Of a stretch of DNA of 64,000 nucleotides, positions 28,929 to 37,653 are shown one piece after another. This stretch comes from Nitrososphaerota archaeon (GTDB lineage: Archaea > Thermoproteota > Nitrososphaeria > PSMU01), in contig PSMU01000001.1 of the NCBI GenBank assembly GCA_040290255.1, positions 338,385 to 402,384 on the forward strand. Direction: 5' to 3'. A program made the translations under genes and the position numbers. The notes below the pieces were generated by a model. It was not told the origin of the DNA, ran no database searches, and saw only the letters and a program-made list of their open reading frames with translations. Each line of letters starts with the position of its first letter. Positions within the stretch are counted from its first letter, which is position 1.

Positions 28929-30366
28929 TGGCCAGCGCGCCGCGCAGGAAGCCCTGCAGCTCCGCTATGGCCATGCGCTGCTGCTGCATGCTATCCCTCT
29001 CCCTCACGGTTACGGTATCGTCCTTCAGCGTCTGGCCATCTATCGTGATGCAAAAGGGCACGCCCAGTAGGTCGGCCTTCCTATACCTCCTGCCGATGCT
29101 GCCCTCCTCTTCGTAGAGCACGTCGAAGTCCAGCTCCAGGGAACCCTTTATCGCCCTGGCCTTCTCCGGCATGCCCTCCCTCTGCACGAGCGGGAAGATG
29201 GCGACCTGGAGGGGCGCCAGGTACGGCTTCAGGGCCAGGACCCTTCTCCCCTGCTGCTCGCGCAGGCTCAGCTCCAGCAGGGCATATAGGCTCCTATCGA
29301 TGCCCATCGAGAGCTCGAAGATGTGCGCCATGAGCTTGGTCCCCGCATCCTCCACGAGCAGCTCCTGGCCGCTGATCCTTGCATGGTTCGTCAGGTCATA
29401 ATCCCCCCTATAGTTGCAGGCGACGAGCTCCAGCCAGCCCACGCTGGTCAGGGCCTCCAGGTCAAAGGCCTGGCGCGAGTAGAAGGCCCTTTCATCCTCG
29501 CGCAGCAGCCTGAACCTCAGCGCCTCCGCCGGGAAGCCCGCCTTTATGTAGAAGCGCTGCAGGAGCGCCAGGTAGTAGGCGATCAGGGGGTGCTCCACAA
29601 TTCCCCCCTCCACCAGCTCCCTCACGCTCACCTCCTTCATGCTGTTCCCATCGTACAGGCGCAGCCTATCCTCGAGGTAGGGCGCGAGCTTCGGCACGGC
29701 CCTCTGGGCCGGGTTGAAGAAGACCTCCATCTCCGCCTGGTAGAACTCCCGGAGCCTCAGGAACCCCTGCCGAGGCGAGATTTCGTTCCTGAAGCTCTTC
29801 CCTATCTGCGCGATGGCCTGGGGGAGCTTAAAGCCCAGCGTCTTGTAGAGCGTGAGGAAGTCGACGAAGATGCTCTGGCAGGTCTCGGGCCTCAGGTAGC
29901 ACTCCTCGCCCCTGGGCCCTATCAGGACCTTGAACATCAGGCTCACCAGGAAGGGCTTCGAGAGCCCGCCGCCGCAGCTGGGACAGGTCACCGCGCTCCT
30001 CTCCAGCAGCGCGCCCAGCTCCTCCAGCGAGCCCCCCTCGGGGAACTCGATGCCCGCCTTCTCCCACAGCAGCTTATCGGCCCTGAAGTAGCCGCCGCAG
30101 CGCTCGCATCTGACGGTAGGGTCCACGAAGCTCTTCAGATGCCCCGAGGCCTCGAAGACGCTCCTGGGCAGTATGGCGCAGCCATCGAGCTCCAGCATCC
30201 CATCCCTCCTGAAGATCTCCCTCCTGAGCAGCTGCACATACCTGTGCTTAAGCAGCGTGCCCAGGGGGCCATAGTCCCAGAAGCCGGCGGGCGTGCCCGA
30301 GTAGATCTCTGCTGCCGGAAAGAAGAAGCCGTGTTGCTTCGCATAGCGCTGCAGCTCCTCGAGCAC
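28921..30366 (-). CDS. glyS: Glycine--tRNA ligase
   Basis: GFWDYGPLG, ASGH, LRPETCQ, GKSFRNEISPR, RLREFYQAE, SIGRRY. Confidence 0.96.
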   Translation of the reverse strand: MLEELQRYAKQHGFFFPAAEIYSGTPAGFWDYGPLGTLLKHRYVQLLRREIFRRDGMLELDGCAILPRSVFEASGHLKSFVDPTVRCERCGGYFRADKLLWEKAGIEFPEGGSLEELGALLERSAVTCPSCGGGLSKPFLVSLMFKVLIGPRGEECYLRPETCQSIFVDFLTLYKTLGFKLPQAIAQIGKSFRNEISPRQGFLRLREFYQAEMEVFFNPAQRAVPKLAPYLEDRLRLYDGNSMKEVSVRELVEGGIVEHPLIAYYLALLQRFYIKAGFPAEALRFRLLREDERAFYSRQAFDLEALTSVGWLELVACNYRGDYDLTNHARISGQELLVEDAGTKLMAHIFELSMGIDRSLYALLELSLREQQGRRVLALKPYLAPLQVAIFPLVQREGMPEKARAIKGSLELDFDVLYEEEGSIGRRYRKADLLGVPFCITIDGQTLKDDTVTVRERDSMQQQRMAIAELQGFLRGALAIS

Positions 30367-30403
30367 GCCGGCCGCTGGCGGCGCGTTAATTAAAGCGTTC
30401 GGC

Positions 30404-30568
30404 CTACTTCGCCACCACGACCTTGGCGATGGGCGGCCTCACCTTCCTCAGCACGCGGTACCCGCAGATGCACCTTATATCGGGCAGCTCGGCCAGGTCC
30501 TCGGCCCTGTTCAGGGCCCCGCACCTGACGCACTGGTACACCAGGCCCTTTATCTTCTCCGAGCTCAC
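30404..30568 (-). CDS. rpo12: DNA-directed RNA polymerase subunit Rpo12 (RpoP)
   Basis: Manual translation MSSEKIKGLVYQCVRCGALNRAEDLAELPDIRCICGYRVLRKVRPPIAKVVVAK (54 aa, Zn ribbon). Confidence 0.92.
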   Translation of the reverse strand: MSSEKIKGLVYQCVRCGALNRAEDLAELPDIRCICGYRVLRKVRPPIAKVVVAK

Positions 30569-30590
30569 GGGCTCGCCGGGGCTTTCCCGC

Positions 30591-31715
30591 TTAAAACGTT
30601 TTCCTCTTGAGGGCCCAGCCCCTCACCTCCCGGGCCACGCGCCTCACGTCCGCGGCGCCCATCCGCGGGTGCAGCGGCAAGGAAAGCACGCAGCGGGCCG
30701 CCCTCTCCGCGTTGGGCAAGCTAACGGCGCCGTAGCGCTCGCGGTAGAAGGGGAGCCTGTGCAGCGGCGTGGGATAGTAGACCCTGGCCTCTATGCCCCT
30801 GCCCTCCAGGTGCAGCAGCAGCTCATCCCTCCCTTCCTCCACGAAGATCGTGAAGGCCGTCCAGGAGTGCTCGCAGTACTCCTTGACGCGAGGCAGCCTT
30901 ATGTACGGCACCCCCTCCAGCTCCTCCATGTAGAGCTGGGCCAACCCCCTCCTCCTCCTGAGCAGGGCCGCTGCCCTCCTCAGCTGCGCAAGCCCCAGGG
31001 CCGCCAGCGGCTCGGGCAGGCGCAGGTTCAGGCCCAGCGCCTCAGTCTCATAATGCCTCCAGGCGCCGTGGTTCCTGATGAGCCTGAGCCTCCTGGCCAG
31101 CTCCGAGGCCTGCGCTATAACTGCCCCTCCCTCGGCGGTGGTGATGAGCTTAGTGGGGTAAAAGCTGAGGCAGCCCAGGTCGCCCAGCGTGCCCGCGCAT
31201 CTTCCCCTGTACTTCGCCAAGAGCGCCTGGGCGGCATCCTCGACGATCCAGAGCCCCCTGGCCTGCTTCAGCTTCAGCAGCGCATCCATATCGCAGACAT
31301 GCCCATAGAGGTGCACGGGCAACAGGCCCTTCACGCCCTCCAGCTGCCGCTCATCCAGGGAAGCCGCGTCCAGGCAGTAGGTCTCCAGCTCTATATCCGC
31401 GAAGACGGGCACGCCTCCCAGGGCCACCACGACGTTGGCCGTGGCGGGGAACGTCAGCGCGGGCACGAGCACGCGATCTCCTGGCCTGAGCCCCAGGGCC
31501 AGCAGCGCGGCATAAAGGGCTGAGGTGCCCGAATTGAAGGCCACGACCTCCTGCGCGCCCAGCAGCTGCGCCAGCGCGCGCTCGAAGCGGCCCACATAGG
31601 GCCCCCCTTGGGGCGAGGCGCTGGTCAGCAGCCCGCTCCGCAACGGTGCCGCGATGGCCCTCCTCTCGGCCCTGCCCAAGTAAGGCGCGGCGATCCTTAT
31701 CCTCCTAGCCGCCAA
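30591..31715 (-). CDS. DegT/DnrJ/EryC1/StrS aminotransferase
   Basis: NSGTSAL, TFPATAN, PVHLYG, EDAAQA, SFYPTKLITTAEGG. Confidence 0.93.
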   Translation of the reverse strand: MAARRIRIAAPYLGRAERRAIAAPLRSGLLTSASPQGGPYVGRFERALAQLLGAQEVVAFNSGTSALYAALLALGLRPGDRVLVPALTFPATANVVVALGGVPVFADIELETYCLDAASLDERQLEGVKGLLPVHLYGHVCDMDALLKLKQARGLWIVEDAAQALLAKYRGRCAGTLGDLGCLSFYPTKLITTAEGGAVIAQASELARRLRLIRNHGAWRHYETEALGLNLRLPEPLAALGLAQLRRAAALLRRRRGLAQLYMEELEGVPYIRLPRVKEYCEHSWTAFTIFVEEGRDELLLHLEGRGIEARVYYPTPLHRLPFYRERYGAVSLPNAERAARCVLSLPLHPRMGAADVRRVAREVRGWALKRKTF

Positions 31716-32358
31716 GCCTCCTCACCAGCTCCACCACGCGCCTCAAGGCCCCCTCCAGCAGCTCGGGCCCTATGCCGGGCACGCCGCAGGCCAGGGCCAG
31801 CACATGGTTCGTGGAGCCCGTCACCTTTGTCCTGTTCGCATCCCTAAAGGGATAGACATGCATTACGCCCAGCTCATCGGCCAGGACCACGCTCTTAGCC
31901 GTGAGCACGACCTCCCTGCCCGTTATGTCCACAAAGAGCTCGCCCTCGCGCGCCCATCTCAGCCGCGGCACGCCCCTCACCCTTGCCAGGTCATATAGGC
32001 CTATCGCGATCAGCGTCTCGGCCGAGGCAAGGTTGCCCGCATCGACCACGTTGTTTATGCTGGGCAGGCCGCCCCTGAGCAGGAGCCTCCTGACCAGGCT
32101 CTCCGAGGAGGGCCTCTGCTTCGTGGGGTCGATGCCCAGCCTCCAGTAGAAGTCCCTATAGGCCCTGACCACGGGATGCTCCTTCAGGGAGGTGAGGTCC
32201 AGGTTGAGCCCCCGCCTTAGGGCCTGAAGTTCCTGCTCAAACCCATAGCCCGCCTCGAGCACCCTGGCCCTGAAGCTCAGCGCCCTCACGGCGAGCCCCG
32301 GAAAGCGCGCGGCGAGTTCCTCCTCTATGGGCACCGGAAAGGGCTGGGGCTCAGCCAA
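31705..32358 (-). CDS. Stand-alone B3/B4 (PheRS-beta editing-like) domain protein
   Basis: AYRDFYWRLGIDPTKQRPSSESLVRR, INNVVDAGN, GLYD, YPFRD..TKVT. Confidence 0.9.
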   Translation of the reverse strand: MAEPQPFPVPIEEELAARFPGLAVRALSFRARVLEAGYGFEQELQALRRGLNLDLTSLKEHPVVRAYRDFYWRLGIDPTKQRPSSESLVRRLLLRGGLPSINNVVDAGNLASAETLIAIGLYDLARVRGVPRLRWAREGELFVDITGREVVLTAKSVVLADELGVMHVYPFRDANRTKVTGSTNHVLALACGVPGIGPELLEGALRRVVELVRRLGG

Positions 32359-33406
32359 AGCGCGCCAGCTCCTGGGCCCAGCGCGCCAGCCTCTCCCTAT
32401 ACGGGGCCACGAGCGCGTCGAGGGCCTTGGCCAAGGCGAGCTTCAGGTCCATGGGATGCAGGCGGCCGCCCATATAGTCCTCCCTGAGCTGCTCGTAGCG
32501 CTCGTAGGTCACATCGCCGCCCTTTGATGCGGGCCTGCTCACCTCCAGCACGGGCCTAAGGCGGAAGACGATGAGCTTGGCGAGCGCGAGCACGGGGTTG
32601 AGCTCCTCCTGCTGAGGGGGGCACCAGGCCTCCTTTAGCTTCCTGGCCATCTCCTCGGCCGAATCGTGCACGAAGAGCGCGCTCTTGGGCTTGGACTTGC
32701 TCATCTTGCTCGAGATGATCATATCCATCCTCTCATCCTCGTCCAGCCCCTCCCTATGCGGCGGCAACAGGCCCGGCAGGAGCTCGTGGTGAAGCGCTAT
32801 GGGGGCCCTCCAGCCCAGCTTGGGATAGACATCCCTGGCCAGCATGTGCACCTTCCTCTGGTCCATGCCGGCATGGGCCACATGGACGCCCAGGGCCCTT
32901 ATATCTAGGGCCTGCATGAGGGGGTAGAGGTAGTGGGCCACCGCCAGCCCCTCGCCGGCCCTCCTGCCCATGATCGTGAGCGCCCTCATGGCCCTCCTGA
33001 GCGGGGTCCTTAGGGCCAGCCTCACCAGCTCCTGCCAGTACTCGCGGTAGCTCTCATACAGGTCGGAGCCGAGGATGCATTCGACCCCGGGAGCGAAGAG
33101 CTCGAAGGCCTCCTTATAGTAGCTGGCGGCCTCCCTGATGAGCTCCCAATCCCCGCCCATCTTCTCGTTTATTACGCTATGCCAGTCGGCGAGGAAGACC
33201 TTGCAGCGAAAGCCCGCCTCCTGGAAGTCCCTTATCTTTATGCCCGAGATGAAGAGCGTGCCCAGGTGGAGCGGGCCTGAGATCTCGAAGCCTATATAAT
33301 GCCCTGGCCTCTCCTCGGTTTCGAGCAGCAGCCGCAGCTCCTGCTCCGTTACCACCTCCTGCGTGGGGGGCCTGAGCAGGGCCTGCATGCGCGAGGCAGG
33401 GTCCAC
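32351..33406 (-). CDS. tyrS: Tyrosine--tRNA ligase
   Basis: YIGFEISGPLHLG, LADWH, YPLMQALD, GMDQRKVH, KMSKS, LHPMDLK. Confidence 0.96.
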   Translation of the reverse strand: MDPASRMQALLRPPTQEVVTEQELRLLLETEERPGHYIGFEISGPLHLGTLFISGIKIRDFQEAGFRCKVFLADWHSVINEKMGGDWELIREAASYYKEAFELFAPGVECILGSDLYESYREYWQELVRLALRTPLRRAMRALTIMGRRAGEGLAVAHYLYPLMQALDIRALGVHVAHAGMDQRKVHMLARDVYPKLGWRAPIALHHELLPGLLPPHREGLDEDERMDMIISSKMSKSKPKSALFVHDSAEEMARKLKEAWCPPQQEELNPVLALAKLIVFRLRPVLEVSRPASKGGDVTYERYEQLREDYMGGRLHPMDLKLALAKALDALVAPYRERLARWAQELARFG

Positions 33407-33430
33407 GGCCCGAGCCTTCGCGCACTTCTA

Positions 33431-33796
33431 TTATCCTTTTCCCGAGGCCAGCGCGAGGAGCAGCGAGAGCGCGAGCAGCGCTGCCAGCGCCACCGAGATG
33501 CCGCCGTATGCGATGGCGATAAGATAGGCCCCCAGGGCCCCGAAGGAGAGGAAGGCCACGGCCTGGTAGAGGTGCGCCAGCAGGCTAGTTGCCAGCGTGG
33601 AGATGATGAGCGCTCGCCAGCGCTCGTTCATCTTTCCCTTCCTCACCAGGGCGTAGAGCGAGAGCAATGAGGCGGCGCTGAGCGCCAGCAGCCTGGCGCC
33701 GCCCTGGCCCAGGAGCACCGCGATGGCCCAAAAGGCTGCGTTGGCCAGGAGCGAGGCCAGCAGCAGATGAAGCCCCCTCACGCCCCTCCTGGGCAA
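33431..33796 (-). CDS. Small membrane protein (about 4 TM segments)
   Basis: 121-aa strongly hydrophobic ORF upstream of tyrS on the same strand. Confidence 0.6.
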   Translation of the reverse strand: MPRRGVRGLHLLLASLLANAAFWAIAVLLGQGGARLLALSAASLLSLYALVRKGKMNERWRALIISTLATSLLAHLYQAVAFLSFGALGAYLIAIAYGGISVALAALLALSLLLALASGKG

Positions 33797-33972
33797 TCCC
33801 TGTTAAAAGCTGCTGCGGTGGCCGGCATGTGCCGGAGCGATCGTCCAAAAAAAAGGGAATATAGGGCACAAAATTGACCAAGAGGGGTTCTAAGAGCCGG
33901 GAAGTGCTGTCCCCTTAACTTGGAATCCTTTGCGTTAAGCCTAATATCATATGCTCCCGGGGGCCGTTAGGC

Positions 33973-34419
33973 TTGGAGCGTAGGCTAAGGACCAAACTGG
34001 TGGCCGCAGTTCTTCCTCTGCTAATCCTCCTAGGGGCAAGCGCCGCGTATGCCGTGACCATATCTCTCAGCAGCTCTAACGTAATGCCGATAGGGGGCAC
34101 GGGACTCGTTACCGTGAATTGCCCAGCACAACCCTGCGCGGTGAGCAAAGTAACTTGGACGCTGGACACCTCACCTCCCTTCTACGTAGCCAGCGCAACC
34201 GTGTCCTGGACGCCCAGCCAAGATGGAGACTACCAGGTCTGCGTAAACCTCTATGGTAGCGATGGCAACCCGCTCAATAATGGAAGCGGCTGCATCACCA
34301 AACGCTTACCTGGAGGCACGGCTACAAGTACCACCGTGCCCTTCTCTGGGACGGGCTCGTCGAGGCCAAACCCAAGGGATATCTATAAGGTGGAAGTGAT
34401 AATAGTCCAGACTCCTTGA
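33973..34419 (+). CDS. Secreted beta-rich protein, candidate fibre subunit 1
   Basis: Signal peptide ending AAYA; mature VTISLSSSNVMPIGGTG; four Cys; S/T/V-rich. Confidence 0.7.
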   Translation: MERRLRTKLVAAVLPLLILLGASAAYAVTISLSSSNVMPIGGTGLVTVNCPAQPCAVSKVTWTLDTSPPFYVASATVSWTPSQDGDYQVCVNLYGSDGNPLNNGSGCITKRLPGGTATSTTVPFSGTGSSRPNPRDIYKVEVIIVQTP

Positions 34420-34796
34420 GAAGACTTTTTTTGCTGCTGCTTCTCTCAATTATCTTAGCCCCGGCCTACGCGCTCTTAATAAGCCCCGTAAATGTCCAGC
34501 CCGCCGAAGGCATAAGGGTGGACCTCACGCGCCCCCTCAACAGCTGCTTTGAAGTAAAGGGGCTCGCCTTTTCCTTCAGCGCCACGTCCATAACCTCCGT
34601 CACGATAACGGTTTTTAACACATGCAACTCTCGAGAAACGGCGGATGTCTTGATTACCTGGTACCTAAGGGATGGGAGCTCTTTACAGACTCATATGACC
34701 ATTCAGGTGCCCGGGCTGGGAACCAAGGCTGGCTCCGCCGCTTTATCCAACCCCATTCCCTTCGCCTCCCTGATTAAGGTGGTCGTGAATGTCTAG
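34416..34796 (+). CDS. Secreted beta-rich protein, candidate fibre subunit 2
   Basis: Signal peptide ending PAYA; overlaps neighbouring genes; beta-strand pattern. Confidence 0.65.
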   Translation: MRRLFLLLLLSIILAPAYALLISPVNVQPAEGIRVDLTRPLNSCFEVKGLAFSFSATSITSVTITVFNTCNSRETADVLITWYLRDGSSLQTHMTIQVPGLGTKAGSAALSNPIPFASLIKVVVNV

Positions 34797-35232
34797 AACT
34801 AGGACTTCGGCCGCGCTGTTCTTCGCGGGCCTGCTGCTCTTATTGATGGCCACCCCCTATGAGGCCTTCTCATCCCTGCTTGCCATCTCCACCATTAGGC
34901 CGGTGGGGGGCTCCGGCCTTGTACCCGTGCCCAAGGACGGCGTGCTGATGATCCGCATAAGCCTAAGCATGGGGGGAAACCTGGCCGATGATCGCATAAA
35001 TCGGTTAGATATAGCGCTGCGGGCCTCGGACCCCAGCTACTCCTGCCCCGGCGGCTCGCGGTGTTATACGCTCGCCTATACGCTATATCTGGATAACTCC
35101 CTTTCGAGCTCCCGCAGCCGCGCCGTTTCGGTAACCACTACGGCAACTACAATCACCTTCAGCTTTTCTCCGCTTAATCAGGCCGGCGCGCAAAACCTCT
35201 CCATAATAATTAACGTGGTGAGAAGTTCATGA
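34789..35232 (+). CDS. Secreted beta-rich protein, candidate fibre subunit 3
   Basis: Signal peptide ending AFS; IRPVGGSGLVPVP resembles VMPIGGTGLVTV of 33973..34419. Confidence 0.65.
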   Translation: MSRTRTSAALFFAGLLLLLMATPYEAFSSLLAISTIRPVGGSGLVPVPKDGVLMIRISLSMGGNLADDRINRLDIALRASDPSYSCPGGSRCYTLAYTLYLDNSLSSSRSRAVSVTTTATTITFSFSPLNQAGAQNLSIIINVVRSS

Positions 35233-35669
35233 TGAAGCGCGAGGCCTTCCTCCTCGGCATGGGCCTTCTCCTAACGGCCTATGGCGGCTATGGGCTGGCG
35301 CAGCGCCTCACGCTCTACTATGTAGCCTCTGGCTCCATGGAGCCCTACTTGCCCACAGGGAGCTTAATATTGGTTGAGCGCGGCGCCGTGCCCGCGGCCG
35401 GCGACATAGCGCTAGTGAACTATTACGGTGAGCCGCTCGTGCATAGGGTCGTGCGGGTAGACCCGAGCTCGGGCATAATATGGCTTACCGCCGACGCGCA
35501 GCCGGGCTTCGTTCAGCAAGCAAAGCTGAGGGATTTAATCGGCGTCGTCGTCCTGGCATTGCCCTACTTTGGCTATATGGCCATGCTTGCAAGGGCTTAC
35601 CCCTGGCTTACTACAGCTATGCTGGGAGCGCTTATATCGCTAATCCTATTGAGGTGGATTAAGGGGTGA
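35229..35669 (+). CDS. Signal peptidase I, SipW/Sec11-type (S26)
   Basis: VASGSMEP (catalytic Ser), LVHRVV (His), LIGVVVLALPYFGY, C-terminal TM. Confidence 0.88.
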   Translation: MMKREAFLLGMGLLLTAYGGYGLAQRLTLYYVASGSMEPYLPTGSLILVERGAVPAAGDIALVNYYGEPLVHRVVRVDPSSGIIWLTADAQPGFVQQAKLRDLIGVVVLALPYFGYMAMLARAYPWLTTAMLGALISLILLRWIKG

Positions 35670-36946
35670 GGAGGCCCCTCAAGGCGCTCCTTACGCTCGC
35701 GCTGCTCTTTCCCCTACTTGCTCATCCCTCCCATGCCATCGCTTCGGTGACCGTCGACGTCCCCTTTCAAATATCAGCCACGCTTGATGGAAGGCCGCTG
35801 CTGATAAGCGGCGCGGCGCAGGTCTCCGGCACGCTGTGCCTGCCCCTGCTCGTGTACGCTTCTCCTCTAGAGCGCTATGCCTTCGAGGGCTGGTATGTTA
35901 ATGCCACGCGCATCTCAACGGGCTCCTGCCTAAGCGTAAGCGAGGGCAGCTACCTGGCGCACTACAAGCCGCAGTTCCTGGTGGGCCTGGCCTCGGATCC
36001 GCCGGGCCTCCTCTCGACGAGCCTTTGGGCAAATGCGAGCGAGCCCACGCCCATTTCCCTTCCGACGCAGATAGAGCGAGAAGGGGTGAGGGCCAGGCTT
36101 ATCGCCGCTTACTTCAACGGATATCCCCTTCCAATAATAAACGGGAGCATCGTCATAGGCGTAAGGGCCCCAGCCCTAATAACCCTGGCCTATGAGAAGT
36201 TCGTGAGGATAACCATCATGGGCCCTAACTTCACGCGAGAGCTCTGGGCCAGGGCCGGAGCGCCGATAGCCCTACCGCTTCCTGATTATGTGCCCGTAGC
36301 CGAGGGCGCAAGATTACGGCTGGTCGCAGCGTATGCTGGGCAGACAGAGATAGGCCGAACCTACATACCCGGCGAGCCCGTGCTCATAGCCGCGGCCTAT
36401 GTAAGGCAATATTATGTGAGGGTAAGCTCGCCCCAGGGGGCTTTAGTTGAGGGCTGGTATGATGAAGGCACTCAGCTCAGTATATCCGCGCCTGAGATGA
36501 TAAGCATGGGCCCCGGCAGGAGGCTGGCCTTCCTGGGCTGGAGCGGCATAAACTACACGGGCAGCAGCCTCGGCTTAACTGTACGGGCTCCGATCAACGC
36601 CACGGCCCTGTACGAGCTCCAGGTGGAGGTTCAGCTAATGACTCCCCTGGGAACTTCGAGCTACTGGATAGGAGCGGGGAAGACGATGGCCCTCAGCCTG
36701 CCCACCTCCCTTCCCGCCTCCCTCGGCTTCGTCAGAAGCCTGGTGGGCGTAACGATGAATGGAAAGAGCCTGCCAGTAGATAAGGGCATAATCATGGTTA
36801 CCCCCCTCGAGCCCTCGATGGTGGTGGCGCAGTATTCGCTCTCACTGGACCCTCAGGGCCTCCTAATACTTGCAGGGATTGGGCTGCTCATTTCGGCGCT
36901 TTACCTCGGCCTGAGCAGGGCCAAGAAGAGGGAGAAGCCCGATTAG
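35666..36946 (+). CDS. Membrane-anchored surface protein with repeated beta domains
   Basis: Signal peptide; repeats such as YAFEGWY, QYYVRVSS..GWYDEG, LAFLGWSG; C-terminal TM plus basic tail RAKKREK. Confidence 0.75.
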   Translation: MRRPLKALLTLALLFPLLAHPSHAIASVTVDVPFQISATLDGRPLLISGAAQVSGTLCLPLLVYASPLERYAFEGWYVNATRISTGSCLSVSEGSYLAHYKPQFLVGLASDPPGLLSTSLWANASEPTPISLPTQIEREGVRARLIAAYFNGYPLPIINGSIVIGVRAPALITLAYEKFVRITIMGPNFTRELWARAGAPIALPLPDYVPVAEGARLRLVAAYAGQTEIGRTYIPGEPVLIAAAYVRQYYVRVSSPQGALVEGWYDEGTQLSISAPEMISMGPGRRLAFLGWSGINYTGSSLGLTVRAPINATALYELQVEVQLMTPLGTSSYWIGAGKTMALSLPTSLPASLGFVRSLVGVTMNGKSLPVDKGIIMVTPLEPSMVVAQYSLSLDPQGLLILAGIGLLISALYLGLSRAKKREKPD

Positions 36947-37046
36947 GCGCGTACCTCCGCGGTCTGACGGCTCCTTAGCGAGCTAAGCAGGGGAAGGGCC
37001 CCAGCAGGTATGTCTCGATTATAATGTCTGGTGGCCGGGCGCGCGC

Positions 37047-37595
37047 CTACCTGGAGGCCAGCTGGCCGGAGAGCAGCAGCCCCCAGGCGAGCACCGGATA
37101 GACGATCATCCTCTCGATCCCTCCCCTGCCCAGGCCCAGGTCCACGTTGGCCAGGAAGAGCAGCAGCGAGAGCAGGCTGAGGAGGCCCAGCAGCAGATGT
37201 AGCGGCCTTAGGGCCGGGGGCGAGATGCGATACGAGGAGAGCGCGGCCAGCCCCGAGAAGAGGAAGGCGATGAGCGAGAAGAGGCCATGTAAGAGGCCGA
37301 AGCGCTCGTTGAAGAGGCCCACGCCCAGGGCGCCTATGCCCGCGAGCGCGAGCAGCAGCCTAAAGATCCTGCCGTAGCCTTCGCCCAGCCAGTAGCTGCC
37401 CGCCAGCACGAGCAGGCCCAGCAGCGAGACCGAGCCGTTGAAGGCCCAGGCGGAGGGGCCCACGCCCAGGTCGCTGATGAAGTTCTGGGAGACGCTGTAG
37501 TCCGGATAGAGGGCCTCCGCGGCCAGCAGGCCCAGCAGCAGGAACTGGATCACGCCCACCGAGAAGGCAAGGGAGGCAAGGTGCACCCTGTTCAT
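37047..37595 (-). CDS. DUF998-family membrane protein
   Basis: AEALYPDYSVSQNFISDLG, GVGLFNE, GLGRGGIERMIVYP. Confidence 0.85.
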   Translation of the reverse strand: MNRVHLASLAFSVGVIQFLLLGLLAAEALYPDYSVSQNFISDLGVGPSAWAFNGSVSLLGLLVLAGSYWLGEGYGRIFRLLLALAGIGALGVGLFNERFGLLHGLFSLIAFLFSGLAALSSYRISPPALRPLHLLLGLLSLLSLLLFLANVDLGLGRGGIERMIVYPVLAWGLLLSGQLASR

Positions 37596-37653
37596 GCCAA
37601 GGCCCTGGGGGGTTAGGTTTATATGCGCTCGCAGGGCCCGAGCGGCACACGAT

